This document shows positions 11,276 to 23,574 of a stretch of 64,000 nt of DNA, one piece after another. A program made the position numbers and the translations under genes. Position 1 is the stretch's first letter; each line of letters begins with the position of its first letter. Origin of the DNA: Macrostomum lignano (taxonomy: Eukaryota); assembly GCA_002269645.1 (NCBI GenBank), contig NIVC01002292.1, positions 549 to 64,548 of the forward strand, given 5' to 3'. The notes under the pieces were generated by a model. It did no database searches. It was given only the letters and a program-made list of their open reading frames with translations, and had not been told where the DNA came from.

Positions 11276-13287
11276 TTAAGCTACTCGCTTTCAAATCAGC
11301 AGCCCTCTGCCCAACAGTTTCTATCTATCAGCTATTTATCAGCGACGAGAAATTCAAGCTTGAAAATTGGTGGCCAATCGTGCAGGAAACTGTGCTCGAA
11401 TCTGTGGCTACATCACTCAGCTCACTTGGTTCGGGCACACTACCAACAACCTGTTGACTGATGCAGCTGAGTTGATTGCCTCGGACCTGGCGGTAGGTTG
11501 GCAGAAATTTTAACAATCGCTATCTGCAATCGACAATTCTGTCATTGATCACGGGATGCCAGTTGGCGGAGATGCAGGACAAGGCGAATTCGCTGACAGC
11601 CGCTGCCGAAACCGCCGATGTCAGAGCAGGTGCAGTCTGGCGTGCGATCTGCTGTAAACTTCTGACTATAGAAGAACAGCTGGGCACGGTGCGGTATTCC
11701 ATGTGACTTCAGTTGACCCTGCGTTATTTACTGTTGTATGCATTGTATAGAGAAGTACCTGTAAAACTCGCTCACGCTAATATTAATAATACTGAAAAAA
11801 TAAAAACCTATACATAGATTCTTACTGTTGTATAATTTTGTCTCTTGCATGATTGCGTGGACCATTGGACAATTGGACTATTTAGTATCTCAGGAAAAAG
11901 TAAACGAAAGAGGTGCGCAGGCCCAATGACAGCTTCAACATGCTCTCTCAATTTGTAATTGGGACTTTGGTGAGAGGCGGACCAACAAGTACCTACATAT
12001 AAGCACTCGTGCGTAGGTCGTTCTCGAGTCGGGGACCTGTTACGGCTCATTCGTACCACTCATTCCTCAATACGGCATTCGCTGGGAAGTTTAGCAGCAC
12101 TGCATGGAATCATGAAATTTGACGCAGGTTTCCCCTTCATGACATGTCATTAAGTTAATTTTGGCAATCACATTAGTTTCTTAAACATGTATGTATTTAA
12201 GCAAATGCAAACTGTTCTCTTCAGCATGTAACAACGGCAACAATAGTAACAAAAATACGCTGTCATAGAGAGTTCTTAAAGACAGCAGCGTCACATGGTT
12301 GGGTGCCTGCAGCGTCAGCGCCTTCTGTACCGGCTGTGGGCAGTTGATGTTGCCTGCCAGCTGGAGTTACCGATGGCGCACGGTTGCTAACACACGTAAC
12401 GACCCAGTAATGTGGGAACATAAAAACTAATTCCATTAATAATTTAGCCTGTTAGGAAGTTTCGAATACAATCGGACGTATTTACAAAAAAATGAAAAAA
12501 ATTAGCATAGCTTTACTTGAGCAACACTCTAACAGAATAAACTAAAAATAAATGTGTAATTAATTATTCGACACAAACGGATTCGAGCGATCAAAAGAAA
12601 GCATAAAAATCTGTGTTGAATGGTATGGACCAACTGGTTAAGTTTATAACTGGCCACTAATACGAGAGAGAGGCTGCTGCTAGCATTTCTGCGTCGGAAT
12701 CAACAACCCCAGGGCATTGTTTTATTAAGACTGTAAACTTTTGGCTTACCAAAAGAGAAGAGCTTTTACCTGAGAGTTTCTATGGCCATTATTGGCTTTT
12801 TGGTAATTTTTTTGAGTGTCTCCTATAGCTTATATGGCTCGGCTGAAGAAAATAGCGGGTCGCTAAACCAGACCATTTCAATCGGAATCACCCGTCAGAG
12901 AAGGGACCACAGACTTGAAATTCCCGACTTAACTAACACAAGCAATATCAATTTTGAGTTTAGGACATTCAGGGCTGGTGAAGACAAGCAATCGAGAATC
13001 AGTGTCAGTTCAAGCCGAGAACTTGGCAGGGAGCTAGCCCTGGCAGCAGCTGGACTTCAAGGTGTCGAAATCCGGCAGCTCGAAAAACTTCTCATTCGAC
13101 TGAGCCTCCGCTTCTTCAACACCAAGAGAAATCGGCATCAAGCCGCCATTCACAAGCGACTGGTGCTGCTGCTGCAGATCGAGAGCCCGCCGGTGCTGAC
13201 AGGACTCCGCGATTTTCTCCAGCAGCTGGTCGATGCCGCGGCCTGTTCGAGGTTCAGGGCGAAATGCGCTTTTTCTCGAAAAAACAA

Positions 13288-13882
<595 letters not shown>

Positions 13883-14415
13883 AAAACTTCTATCTTGATC
13901 TCTATGAAACCAGCAGTAGTGACCATGCACAACTGAACAAATCTGTTTGCATGCGGGAATTTTCACCTGTCTTTGAGGACACCACGGCGCTTCGGTAGCA
14001 GCCAAGCCTTGCCTGATAAGACTCAAATTCCCAGCTGATCAAATTTTTGTCAGCCACTTCCGAGTCGCTTTTCGTGAAGACGAGAATCTTTGAAGCTGGA
14101 ATTCAGGTGAAGAAGTCTGGTAGAAGACGATTTTGCAAGCTTATAAGACTCAATTTCAGTGAAATGTTTTAGTATATAGGATGTACGAGTGCTTTTAAAA
14201 CATTTAAAAACAATAAAAATATCTTTGTGATTGCTTCTGATCAGCCGGGGGACGTTTTGCACCTATCAATGAGCCAGCAATTCACCACGACTGATGTATA
14301 AAATTTAAAAATTTGTGTCGTCAAACGAAATTCAATCTAGATTGGTTGCGGCGTCACGTACTTTGCTCCACTTTCGTTCAGTTTATAATCCCCCTATATA
14401 CTACCGATTGGTTCA

Positions 14416-14660
14416 GGGGCCGTGGCCCAGTAGTCTAGCGTAAGCGCGGCGCTCTGGTGTGCCAGAGGCCCGGGCTCGATTCCAAGTGCAGTCACATTAA
14501 TTTGGGGCTGAATTGGAATCTCGACTTGGCGCTACTCATGTCATAAACGCCCCTTGAAGGCGAACCCACAAGGCACAGTGAAGTGTACATGCCTAACGAT
14601 AAATAAATTTAGGGCCGCTGTACACTCCTGTGTGAGTGTGTGCGTGCGCGTATGACTGCG
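14416..14660 (+). mobile_element. tRNA-derived SINE (near full-length copy)
   Basis: Pol III A-box-like TGGCCCAGTAGTC and B-box-like GGCTCGATTCC, followed by a body (CAAGGCACAGTGAAGTGTACA) and tail (AGGGCCGCTGTACAC..TGTGTGAG) shared with copies at 15310-15490, 16225-16325 and 37985-38025. Confidence 0.75.
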
Positions 14661-15065
14661 TACATATCCACACGCTTGTGTGCCTGCTCAGGGGAGTCGG
14701 CGGAAAAGGATTCGGCTAATGTACCATTGTCGAACCAATTAGCAAGTTGTTTACGCCTGCAAGCATTGGGCTTCTAAACTTATCAAAGTCATTTTAGCTG
14801 CCTTTTTTATAAAATAGCTTATGTATTCTTCTTTGCTACTGAACTGAAAATAGAAAGCTCTTTTACTGAGTATATATGCCTGAGTGGCCCATCTAGTTAT
14901 TTTTTTAAAATCTGTGGCCCCAAGTGACGCGATTCGCACCAAACCCGCGGTTCTCGTCTCAGCTGTGCGTGATTCAAATTCGCGTCCACAAGGCCCTGCT
15001 GGCTTCGGCCGGCGATGCAGTTTTCCTGAATACTGAACTGTCCCGTCTTCAAGTCTCCAGCTCAC

Positions 15066-15898
15066 CATGTGGGGCATAGCAGCCAGCGTCCACATTCCAG
15101 TGGTCCAGGCTGCGCACAGAGTGCAAGTTGGACGCGTCAGCTACCAGAATGACGCAGGCGGCTCCCCGGTAGTAGCCGTGCGTTAGCGACCGGTTGAACT
15201 GCTCCATACTGCAGGTGTCGTACAGAAGGGCCTGCAAGGTGGACAAACAGGCAAAATTGTGTCTGGTGGGGTAACAAAGCAGCTCAAAGCTAAGCGCGTC
15301 TGACTTTTATATTCATTCATTGCATTCATTTGAGGATTGTGTGCAGGGGGGTTGTACACTTCACTGTGCCTTGGGGGTTGGCCCTCAAGAGCATTAATTG
15401 CACAAGCCAAGCCGAAATTCAATTTAGTCCCAAATTAGTGTGACTGCACTTGGAATCGAGCCCGGGCTGCTGGCACATCAAAGCGCTAGGTAAGAAACAA
15501 GGTCGCCTCTTGTACTAATAAGCACCTGAAACACATTGCAAGTTTGCAATCTCGCAAATGCACTTTGTGCTCAATAAATTGGCTGGCATTATATGATCCC
15601 GGATTGGAAAGGGTGGAAGGACTCTACTGACCTTGCTGTTGTCTGGCAGCCGGATCAAACTGGCCTCCTCAGTGCGTCTGGAGATTCTCGAAGCTGCTGC
15701 CGCGGCTGGCAGCTGGTGCCTCTGAGTTCTCGCATCCGCCTCGCCAACGCGCACGCCGCCTGATTCGCCGAGCGTCAGCCGCTGATACAAGCTGGACTTG
15801 CCCGAGCCGAAGTCGCCCAGCAGCACCACCTTGGGAACGCGGCCCTGCGCGGCTGACAGGCCGGGCGGGTCCGACCGCGAGGCTCGCTGCAGCGACAT
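15066..15898 (-). CDS. Divergent Rab/Ras-like small GTPase (exons 15898-15632 and 15231-15066; 3' exons unresolved)
   Basis: KVVLLGDFGSGKSSL P-loop. The GT-AG intron joins in phase 0 to ALLYDTCSMEQFNRSLTHGYYRGAACVILVAD, which aligns to the Rab WDTAGQERF...YYRGA motif. Confidence 0.8.
15310..15490 (-). mobile_element. SINE copy (in intron of the Rab-like gene)
   Basis: Reverse complement contains GCCCGGGCTCGATTCCAAGTGCAGTCAC and CAAGGCACAGTGAAGTGTACA, matching 14470-14590. Confidence 0.8.
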
Positions 15899-16224
15899 GC
15901 GGCTGTGGAGTCTGGCGAATGAGATCAGGGACTGTCAGCCTTAGCGCCGGGAATGGACCAAAACCGACTGCCATGGATACCCAGTCGGACCAGTCCACTA
16001 GAAACCTTCGCAGTGCTCCCTAAAATCTGGTTTCTGGCCGACCGTTCCGGCCGCTTGCTGATGGCAGTCGGTTGGTACGGAGATGGTAAATAAATCAATA
16101 ACTGCAGAAAGCTGTGGGCACCCTGGCGCAACGCCTTCGGCCACATGGTCCCACATGCAGCGCTGACGGCTATTCTGCCCATTCAGCGGGCTCCTGAACA
16201 CACAAGAGAGCCAATACTGTACTC

Positions 16225-16325
16225 AGGCACAGCACTCACACACACGCTCACACAGGGTGTACAGCGGCCCTGACTTTCTTGAATCGTCACGCATGTAACA
16301 CTATCTGTGCCTCATGGGCTTGAAT
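16225..16325 (-). mobile_element. 5'-truncated SINE copy
   Basis: Reverse complement GAGGCACAG..GTGTTACATGC..AGGGCCGCTGTACACCCTGTGTGAGCGTGTGTG matches the 3' half of 14416-14660. Confidence 0.65.
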
Positions 16326-17899
16326 TGTTACCTGTTGTTAGTCGCTATATCGCTATAAGAGAAATCCTTGCCTGTCCCAGTAGAATCCGAAGCGACTGTT
16401 TTATATTTGAGGAATTCCGATGACTCAACATTACATTTGACAAGAAGCGCCACTTATATATGGGAGTGCATGGGAGGTTGTGAACAGGGAAATTGGCAAG
16501 GGGGACCGTGGGCTGATTGGCCTAAATATGGACAAGAATGCGCAGAGTTTGCGCATTGTACATTGCGGGGTACAGGTGAGCTCGAGTCTATTTTACATTT
16601 ACTTAGCCACACAATCTGTGATTATTTGAGCTGAGAAAATCTGGGTGAGAAGTCGGACTTATCTCAGACCTGACACCACTAAGTGACATTCTCAGGCCAT
16701 CTTGGTGTCTCTCTCCCTCTCTGGCTTCGGTGCGGCAAACATATCAGAAACGTCACGTGCACCCATATTTTTCCTTGCAATATCCTTTGGTTACGGAAGA
16801 AACAAACATGAAAAAATCTCCGTATGTGCTTATACATGTTTGATAGTATTTTGATATGCTGACGTTGGCAATGAGTCCTCAAAATAGCGCCGATTATTGC
16901 AATTTGATATCATATCAGACGGTTGGACAAGAGGGCAGCGCCGTGCAGACTTCAATGCAGATTTTACTATAGCAGTTGTAGCTTGTCCCAAATCGAAGTT
17001 GGAGAACGGAATGTACTTTGACTCTTGAATCCTCCTGACTCTACGCTAAGTCGCGGAGCTAAATATGAATTATCCTCAGACATCACGAGCAGTTGGCTAC
17101 CGAATTCCGAGCCGTACAAAACAAAATGGCAAAGCGAAGAAGCTTACAAAAGCATATCTTTTACAAAAACTTGTCTAAAAACATTTTTTGCCGCATTCCT
17201 TGTATAAGCAGAAACTTCTACATGACAGGGCCCAGCTGATAAGCTGATCAACAGCAGAAGCTTAATGAGGCGAATGCTTCTTGAAATTTGGTTAACAAGC
17301 CTTTGATTGACCTTTGGCCACTGATTCTACTCCAGCATAAAACGTCAAACAAGCTCAAGATTAACTAACTGTCTTGCAGTCCTTGCACGAAAACGCAAAT
17401 CAGTAGTTGCTGCATTTCTGAAAAATGGAGCGATGGAGGCTCTGGCCTACAGAGGTACTTAAAGTAGGCCAGTAAGGATATAAAGCTTATTATGTTTGTG
17501 AGATCGTGTCTGAGTGTGGAGTCGGAGGCTTCATGTACGAGCGTATGTGGCATGCATGGCTGCAGCATGAATTCCTCATGCCTCAGTCTACCCACGCTTT
17601 TCGGCTTTTTCAAAAAGCCAAGTCTCATTTTTTTAATCGCTGGGTCTAATTAAGACTCGAAATCTTGAATGAAATGGCTACTGCTTTTAGTCAGATGAGA
17701 ATAAAAAATAATTGTAGACTGGCGTGCAGTTGGCATGCGCAGACAGACTGCTTGGAACTTTCAGGGAAATTGAATTGCTTGCTTGCCATTCAACAACAAA
17801 CTAATTAGGCAGAGAAGCTCAAGAGAAGACAACATAAGGTCCTTAGTTGGCCCAGTCTGCCCCGCGAGTCAACAATGGCCTTGGTTTATCCGCTCTTTT

Positions 17900-19208
17900 A
17901 AACCGCCCCCGCACCCATCCGCCCGCAACCCCATCCGCCCTCGACCCCATCCGCCCCCGACCCCATCCTCCGCCCTCGACCCCATCCGCCCCCGACCCCA
18001 TCCGCCCGCAACCCCATCTGCCCCCGACCCCATCCTCCGCCCTCGACCCCATCCGCCGCCCTCGACCCCATCCGCCCTCGACCCCATCCGCCGCCCTCGA
18101 CCCCATCCGCCCCGACCCCATCCGCCCCCAACCCCATCTGCTCACAGACACCGACCCCCCCCCAGAATCTATCCACCCAGACCCCGATCCCCCAGAATAT
18201 ATCCGCCCTAAACCCCGATCCCCCCAGAATCTATCCGCCCCAAACCCCGATCCCCCCAGAATCTATCCGCCCTAAACCCCGATCCCCCCAGAATCTATCC
18301 GCCCCAAACCCCGATCCCCCCAGAATCTATCCGCCCTAAACCCCGATCCCCCCAGAATCTATCCGCCCTAAACCCCGATCCCCCCAGAATCTATCCGCCC
18401 CAAACCCCGATCCCCCCAGAATCTATCCGCCCTAAACCCCGATCCCCCAGAATCTATCCGCCCCAAACCCCGATCCCCCAGAATCTATCCGCCCTAAATC
18501 CCGATCCCCCAGAATCTATCCGCCCTAAACCCCGATCCCCCAGAATCTATCCGCCCCAAACCCCGATCCCCCCAGAATCTATCCGCCCTAAACCCCGATC
18601 CCCCAGAATCTATCCGCCCCAAACCCCGATCCCCCCAGAATCTATCCGCCCCAAACCCCGATCCCCCCAGAATCTATCCGCCCCAAACCCCGATCCCCCA
18701 GAATCTATCCGCCCCAAACCCCGATCCCCCAGAATCTATCCGCCCTAAACCCCGATCCCCCCAGAATCTATCCGCCCCAAACCCCGATCCCCCAGAATCT
18801 ATCCGCCCTAAACCCCGATCCCCCAGAATCTATCCGTCCCAGACCCCGATCCCCCAGAATCTATCCGTCCCAGACCCCAATCCCAGAATCTATCCGTCCC
18901 AGACCCCGATCCCCCAGAATCTATCCGTCCCAGACCCCGATCCCCCAGAATCTATCCGTCCCAGACCCCGATCCCCCAGAATCTATCCGTCCCAGACCCC
19001 AATCCCAGAATCTATCCGTCCCAGACCCCGATCCCCCAGAATCTATCCGTCCCAGACCCCGATCCCCCAGAATCTATCCGTCCCAGACCCCAATCCCAGA
19101 ATCTATCCGTCCCAGACCCCGATCCCCCAGAATCTATCCGTCCCAGACCCCAATCCCAGAATCTATCCGTCCCAGACCCCGATCCCCCAGAATCTATCCG
19201 TCCCAGAC
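17900..19208. repeat. C-rich minisatellite: CCCCATCCGCC-type repeats (17900-18140), then 29-32 bp units CAGAATCTATCCGCCC(T/C)AAACCCCGATCCCC switching to CAGAATCTATCCGTCCCAGACCCC(G/A)ATCC
   Basis: Period of about 32 bp measured at AGAAT 18194/18226/18258/18290. About 33 units. Confidence 0.96.
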
Positions 19209-19529
19209 CGTACCCACATCTAAAACCCCTCCGCCCACGCGCAGGCAGTGGTTTTACAATAGAGAAACGCGAGCATCCAGTGCTAATAACTTAAAATCCA
19301 GCTCTAGTTGGTTTATACCTCTCATAATAATTTTGAGTGAGCTACTGCTTTAAATTTTATTTGAAAAAAAACAATTCTCAGAGACAATCGAATTGAAATA
19401 AAAAATTGGATTGAATTTTTCAAACAGAAGAATCGGAGTAAAATCTGCATTTTCACCACAGGAAGCAGGTAATTTTTTAAAGTGTACCAAGAATTTCTGC
19501 GAAAAATTTGATTAGTTTTGCTAGAATTC

Positions 19530-19610
19530 CCATCGTTCAAAATGTCTATGGTAATTTACGTTAGGGCAATGACATTCAAGCAATGACCGGTCATTGTTTG
19601 AAATTGACAA
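19530..19610 (-). repeat. Dispersed repeat with palindrome CAATGACCGGTCATTG (partner about 34665-34725, + strand)
   Basis: Both copies share AAACAATGACCGGTCATTG and AAATTACCATAGACATTTTGAAC. Confidence 0.75.
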
Positions 19611-20149
19611 TAAAGCAATTTACCGGGATATCATTTTAGAAAACGAACGAGTCTATGAGCGTAAAATAAAAAAGTCTATGGTTGTAAGTGGGGCCCGCCC
19701 CCCACACCCCCATTCCCCCTTCCCACTCGGATCCTGATGGACAAATTGACCAATGAAGGTATCTGCGATAGCCGCTCGTGTCTATGGCCAATACCATGAA
19801 TTCTCACTTCCGGATAACCTCCCATTGTGTTTCTTTCTTGTTTCTTGTTTGTGTTTCTTTCTTGTTCTTGTTTTCACGGGTAGCACTATAAAAGTTCCAA
19901 CTACACACATTTAAACAGGAACTGAACTTCAACTTCTACCCCCGCATGGCACTTTGGACATAATTTTCGGTTGAATAGTACTACGAGTATTTGGAGCTGT
20001 GGTAAAAGTGACAATTGGCTTTGAATTCTCTACTCTTTGTCTTCAGTGTCTTTGTGGGTTCTGATTGATTTCGCTTTACACGTCCATGCTGACAGCTTCG
20101 CATTCATTTTATCTGTGATTGTTAGCCTCACAGTAAACTGTGTCCACAA

Positions 20150-21300
20150 CTAGTCTGAGTAGTCTCCGAGATGATGGAGCTCATGTTTAGATGAAATCTT
20201 AGGCACGAATCCACTAGCTGGCCTTGTGTGAAGAGCCTGCTTTCTTCTTGGGGTTTTTGCGTCACAACTGGTCAGCTCTGCTTTCTGAATGTTAATCTCC
20301 AGCTTGGGATTCTGACAGAATTCAGGTATGGCACAAATTGTCATGGTCTTACTGCAGCTCCGCTGGGTCCTCACTGAATATGTCCAGGTCAGTGCAGTAC
20401 AGCAGATTGATTGATGGATTGATCGAACCCGTTGATGATAAGTTCACGCTCTGCAGGCCATCAACAATTTTATCTGTCAGTCTTTCAGACTTTTGGATTG
20501 TACGAGCATATTTGTATAGCTTCTCTGGCTCTAAGTTAGCCAGCTTCTAAAGTACTTAGCATCATTTTTAGTTTTTGTGAACTATATTCATCGTCATTAT
20601 GTCTCAAGTGGAGTATTTTGATCCCGAATCCCGATACAGATCCCGAGTTTGAAGAAGGAGACGACAGTTTTTAACACTGATGATGAATGAAAATTGTTGC
20701 AGCCAACGTTTGGCATGCATGTGACTCTGGCCTATATCAGAAGCCGGACCAGGACCCGGAGTTCCTGGGGTTAAAGTTTGCCGAGAAATGATTCTTTCAA
20801 CGTTTCGCCCAGGGGATCTTATCAAACATTGTCCATCAATGTCCATCATTGATTACATTGGGGTGGCAATGTGATCTGAATTCCCGTAAACCCGTTGCCT
20901 ATTTGTCTGGCTAGACAAACCCCTGACTAATTTTCGCGCACAAGCCCCAAATGAATGTGCATGGCCTCGCACCTAATCGAGTCGAAAGAGCCCCTCTGCC
21001 ACTCACTTGCGCCACTAATTGACCAATAGATTAATGGATTTGGAAATGTGAAAAGATTTCCGATCCACCAAGTTGTTATTGACCATCAGTCGATTTTCAG
21101 CGACACATTGGACAGGGGAGCCACTTTGCCTGTCCGTCTCCATCTGGAGAGTCCGCCTGCATCAATCTTCAGCGCACGCCTTCCAGAAGGGCGCAGCATC
21201 TTCGTTCTGGCCCGTTGCTTCTGCACGTATCTATTTTCTCGGCTTTCCTCGCCTCGCCATCCACTTGAAGCTGGAAGCCTGTGTGACACTGTGCTCCCAG
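20150..21300. mobile_element. Possible degenerate Gypsy-like LTR retrotransposon fragments
   Basis: Weak motif recall only: IFSDTLD...PVRLHL...IFVLAR (+, about 21080-21220) resembles a pol N-terminus, and gag-like KRWLQQFSF lies on the minus strand. Confidence 0.3.
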
Positions 21301-22590
21301 GAAACGGCGCGAAGACAAGATGAGCACAGGCTCAAGTATACTCTTTGGATTGCTCTTCGCCTCCGCTGCCTATGGGGTTCTGGCAGCTTTTTCCTTGTCA
21401 GGCTGAAGGCAGACCTGCGAGCCGTTTGTCTGAATGGATAAATGCAGGGGCGATGCCAACTTGCCTGAGGCTTGCAGAGGCTGGAAACGATTGTATGAAG
21501 CGACAATGGAGGAAAAAATCTTGTCAGTTTTCTTATGGATTTGGGATAAGCGATAGCGCTTATCCAGAAGGTTTAAACTCTATCAAATGGCGAATAGCCG
21601 TGAGAAGTAATTATCCTGAGCGGAGATGCAAAGCGACTAAGCAGACACAACATGGCAACTGCATCGATTCTGTTTTCCGATACCTAAGCAGCACTCCACT
21701 TTGCAGCTTCCTCATCAAGAGCTTGCAAGCACAAGTGCTTTTGAAGCACCCGAAGTCTGAATTCTTCCTTCCAGCTGCCTGAACGCGTATTCATAAATGC
21801 TGCTTGCGAGCGGTGAAGAGGCAGAGCTGCCCCGAGCCAATGACTGGCCGCCTCCGCATCCCGGTGTTTGGCACAGCTGCTTAAAGAGGCTGGGGAGTGT
21901 GGCTGCAGATTGCTTCAGATTGCTGCTTGCTCTGCTCAGATATTTCCTTAAAAAGCAGGTTTAATCCGTTCATAGATATACGTAGCTATCGCCTCGAGTC
22001 CGCCCTAGCAACAGCAAGCAGGTGAGCGCGTGATTGCGGAGATCCATCCGACAACTGAACTCCTCGGGCCGCTTGTTTGCTTAGCAGTGTTGCATCCGCT
22101 CCCAAGTCCGATCTGCTTGGCTCTTCAAACGAGAAAAAAGATTCAAATTCTGTAGTATTGAGTAGTGGGATTTCTACCTTTAGTTCTATCTCAAATCACT
22201 TCTCAACTATTGTCTTGCCCGAATCCCATTCACTGGTAGAAATAGCTCCAACAACACAAGATTTAAAAAAGCTGATCGTGGAAGCATCAGGGTGTTTTTT
22301 CACTGAAAAAATTCTTTGTCTTTGGCACTTCCGCTGCAAAAAATGCCTGCGGAAGTGAATTGAAGGCCGCTGTTTTCTCAGCAAACCTGACTGCTGGATA
22401 ACAATAGCTGGGGCTCCTTCATCCTGAATGCCTGTCCGGAAGGCGTTCGAGGAAACGTGCAGGTGCCAAACGCAGCAGGCTGGCGGGCGGAGGCTGAGGC
22501 AAAGCCAACAACTGAACTCGGGGAGAAAAAGCGGCTCGAATTCCTGCAATCTTCCTGCCGAGCTTCCCTCCCCCTCCCTCCCCAGCTGCC

Positions 22591-22597
22591 TATAAAT
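22591..22597 (+). promoter_or_regulatory. TATA box of the neuropeptide gene
   Basis: TATAAAT about 110 bp upstream of the ATG at 22703, after a pyrimidine-rich stretch. Confidence 0.55.
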
Positions 22598-22702
22598 CGA
22601 TGACCCCATTGGCTTATCAGGGGCTGCAACCAAAATCTAAAAGCTGTCGTGTCGTCCCACTCCATTTTTCAGACCGAAACTAATCAGAAGGGCACGAGAG
22701 GC

Positions 22703-23335
22703 ATGGCTGCCATCCGATCTCTGGCCCTGGCAACCCTACTGCTGGCGGCAGTCTCTTTGGCTCACAGCTCCGACTCGCCACTTCGTGAGTTCGCATTCGA
22801 GCTCACCTGGCTCGACTCAGGTGCGATGAGATCAATGCTTTGCACTGACTAACACTTTTTCTGTCGAAAATTACCCGCAGACTCTGGCAGCCATCACGGA
22901 GACCACCTGTCTGAGTCGTCCGGGCACTCAGGAGCGCTGATAACCGGCGAGGCCGGGAAGCGCTACGCCGACTTCAGGAAGCGCTACGCCGACTTCAGGA
23001 AGCGCTACGCCGACTTCAGGAAGCGCTACGCCGGCTTCAAGCGTTATGCTGACTTCAAACGCTCTGCTGAATACAAGCCCTACGCCGACTTCAGGAAGCG
23101 CTACGCCGACTTCAAACGCTCTGCTGAATACAAGCCCTACGCCGATTTCAGGAAGCGCTACGCCGACTTCAAGAAACGTTACGCCGACTTCAGGAAGCGC
23201 TACGCCGACTTCAAACGCTCTGCTGAATACAAGCCCTACGCCGACTTCAGGAAGCGCTACGCCGACTTCAAGAAACGTTACGCCGACTTTAGGAAGCGCT
23301 ACGCGGATTTCAAGCGAAGCGGAGACGACGAGTGA
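22703..23335 (+). CDS. Neuropeptide prohormone with 15 KR-flanked YADF/YAGF/SAEYKPYADF peptides (exons 22703-22820, 22881-23335; 190 aa)
   Basis: Signal peptide MAAIRSLALATLLLAAVSLAHS. The phase-1 GT-AG 60-nt intron puts exon 2 in the frame ...GEAGKR-YADFR-KR-YADFR-KR...-YADF-KR-SGDDE*. AATAAA at 23455-23460. Confidence 0.92.
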
Positions 23336-23574
23336 AAAAGCCGGGACTGACTCTAGCAAGCTAAACTGCTACTGCAAATCCCTCATATCTAGTCCGATTG
23401 CCAATGCAGAGAAGACTTGTAGCAGCAGTCGACTTTCGGGTCCTAGCATTGCAGAATAAAACAAAACAACTTGATGCGCAGTGTATGAAAATCATTCTAA
23501 ATTCTTGAGTTTTGACTTGCTCTTTTGAATTATTGAATACATGTAGTTGAAGTTTGAACTTAGAGAGGTGAGAA

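Noticed and set aside
11457-11706. Death-domain-like helices (IASDLAVGWQKF...SVIDH)
   Set aside because: It has an in-frame stop and frameshift and only a weak pattern. It cannot be supported without an HMM search.
14416-14495. Functional tRNA gene
   Set aside because: The anticodon arm and acceptor stem do not close properly, and it continues into a body shared by dispersed copies, so it is a SINE.
18200-18830. Interstitial telomere (TTTAGGG on the minus strand)
   Set aside because: The heptamer occurs once per 32-bp unit and only in some variants, not as a tandem telomeric tract.
23026-23037. True opioid (enkephalin) homology of YAGF/YADF
   Set aside because: A four-residue resemblance to YGGF is not evidence of descent, and the precursor lacks the opioid Cys-rich N-terminal domain.
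22928-23459. ORF-track proteins 22928-23359(-) and 23046-23459(+)
   Set aside because: These are off-frame readings of the neuropeptide repeat. The KR-YADF frame is joined to a signal peptide by a valid intron.
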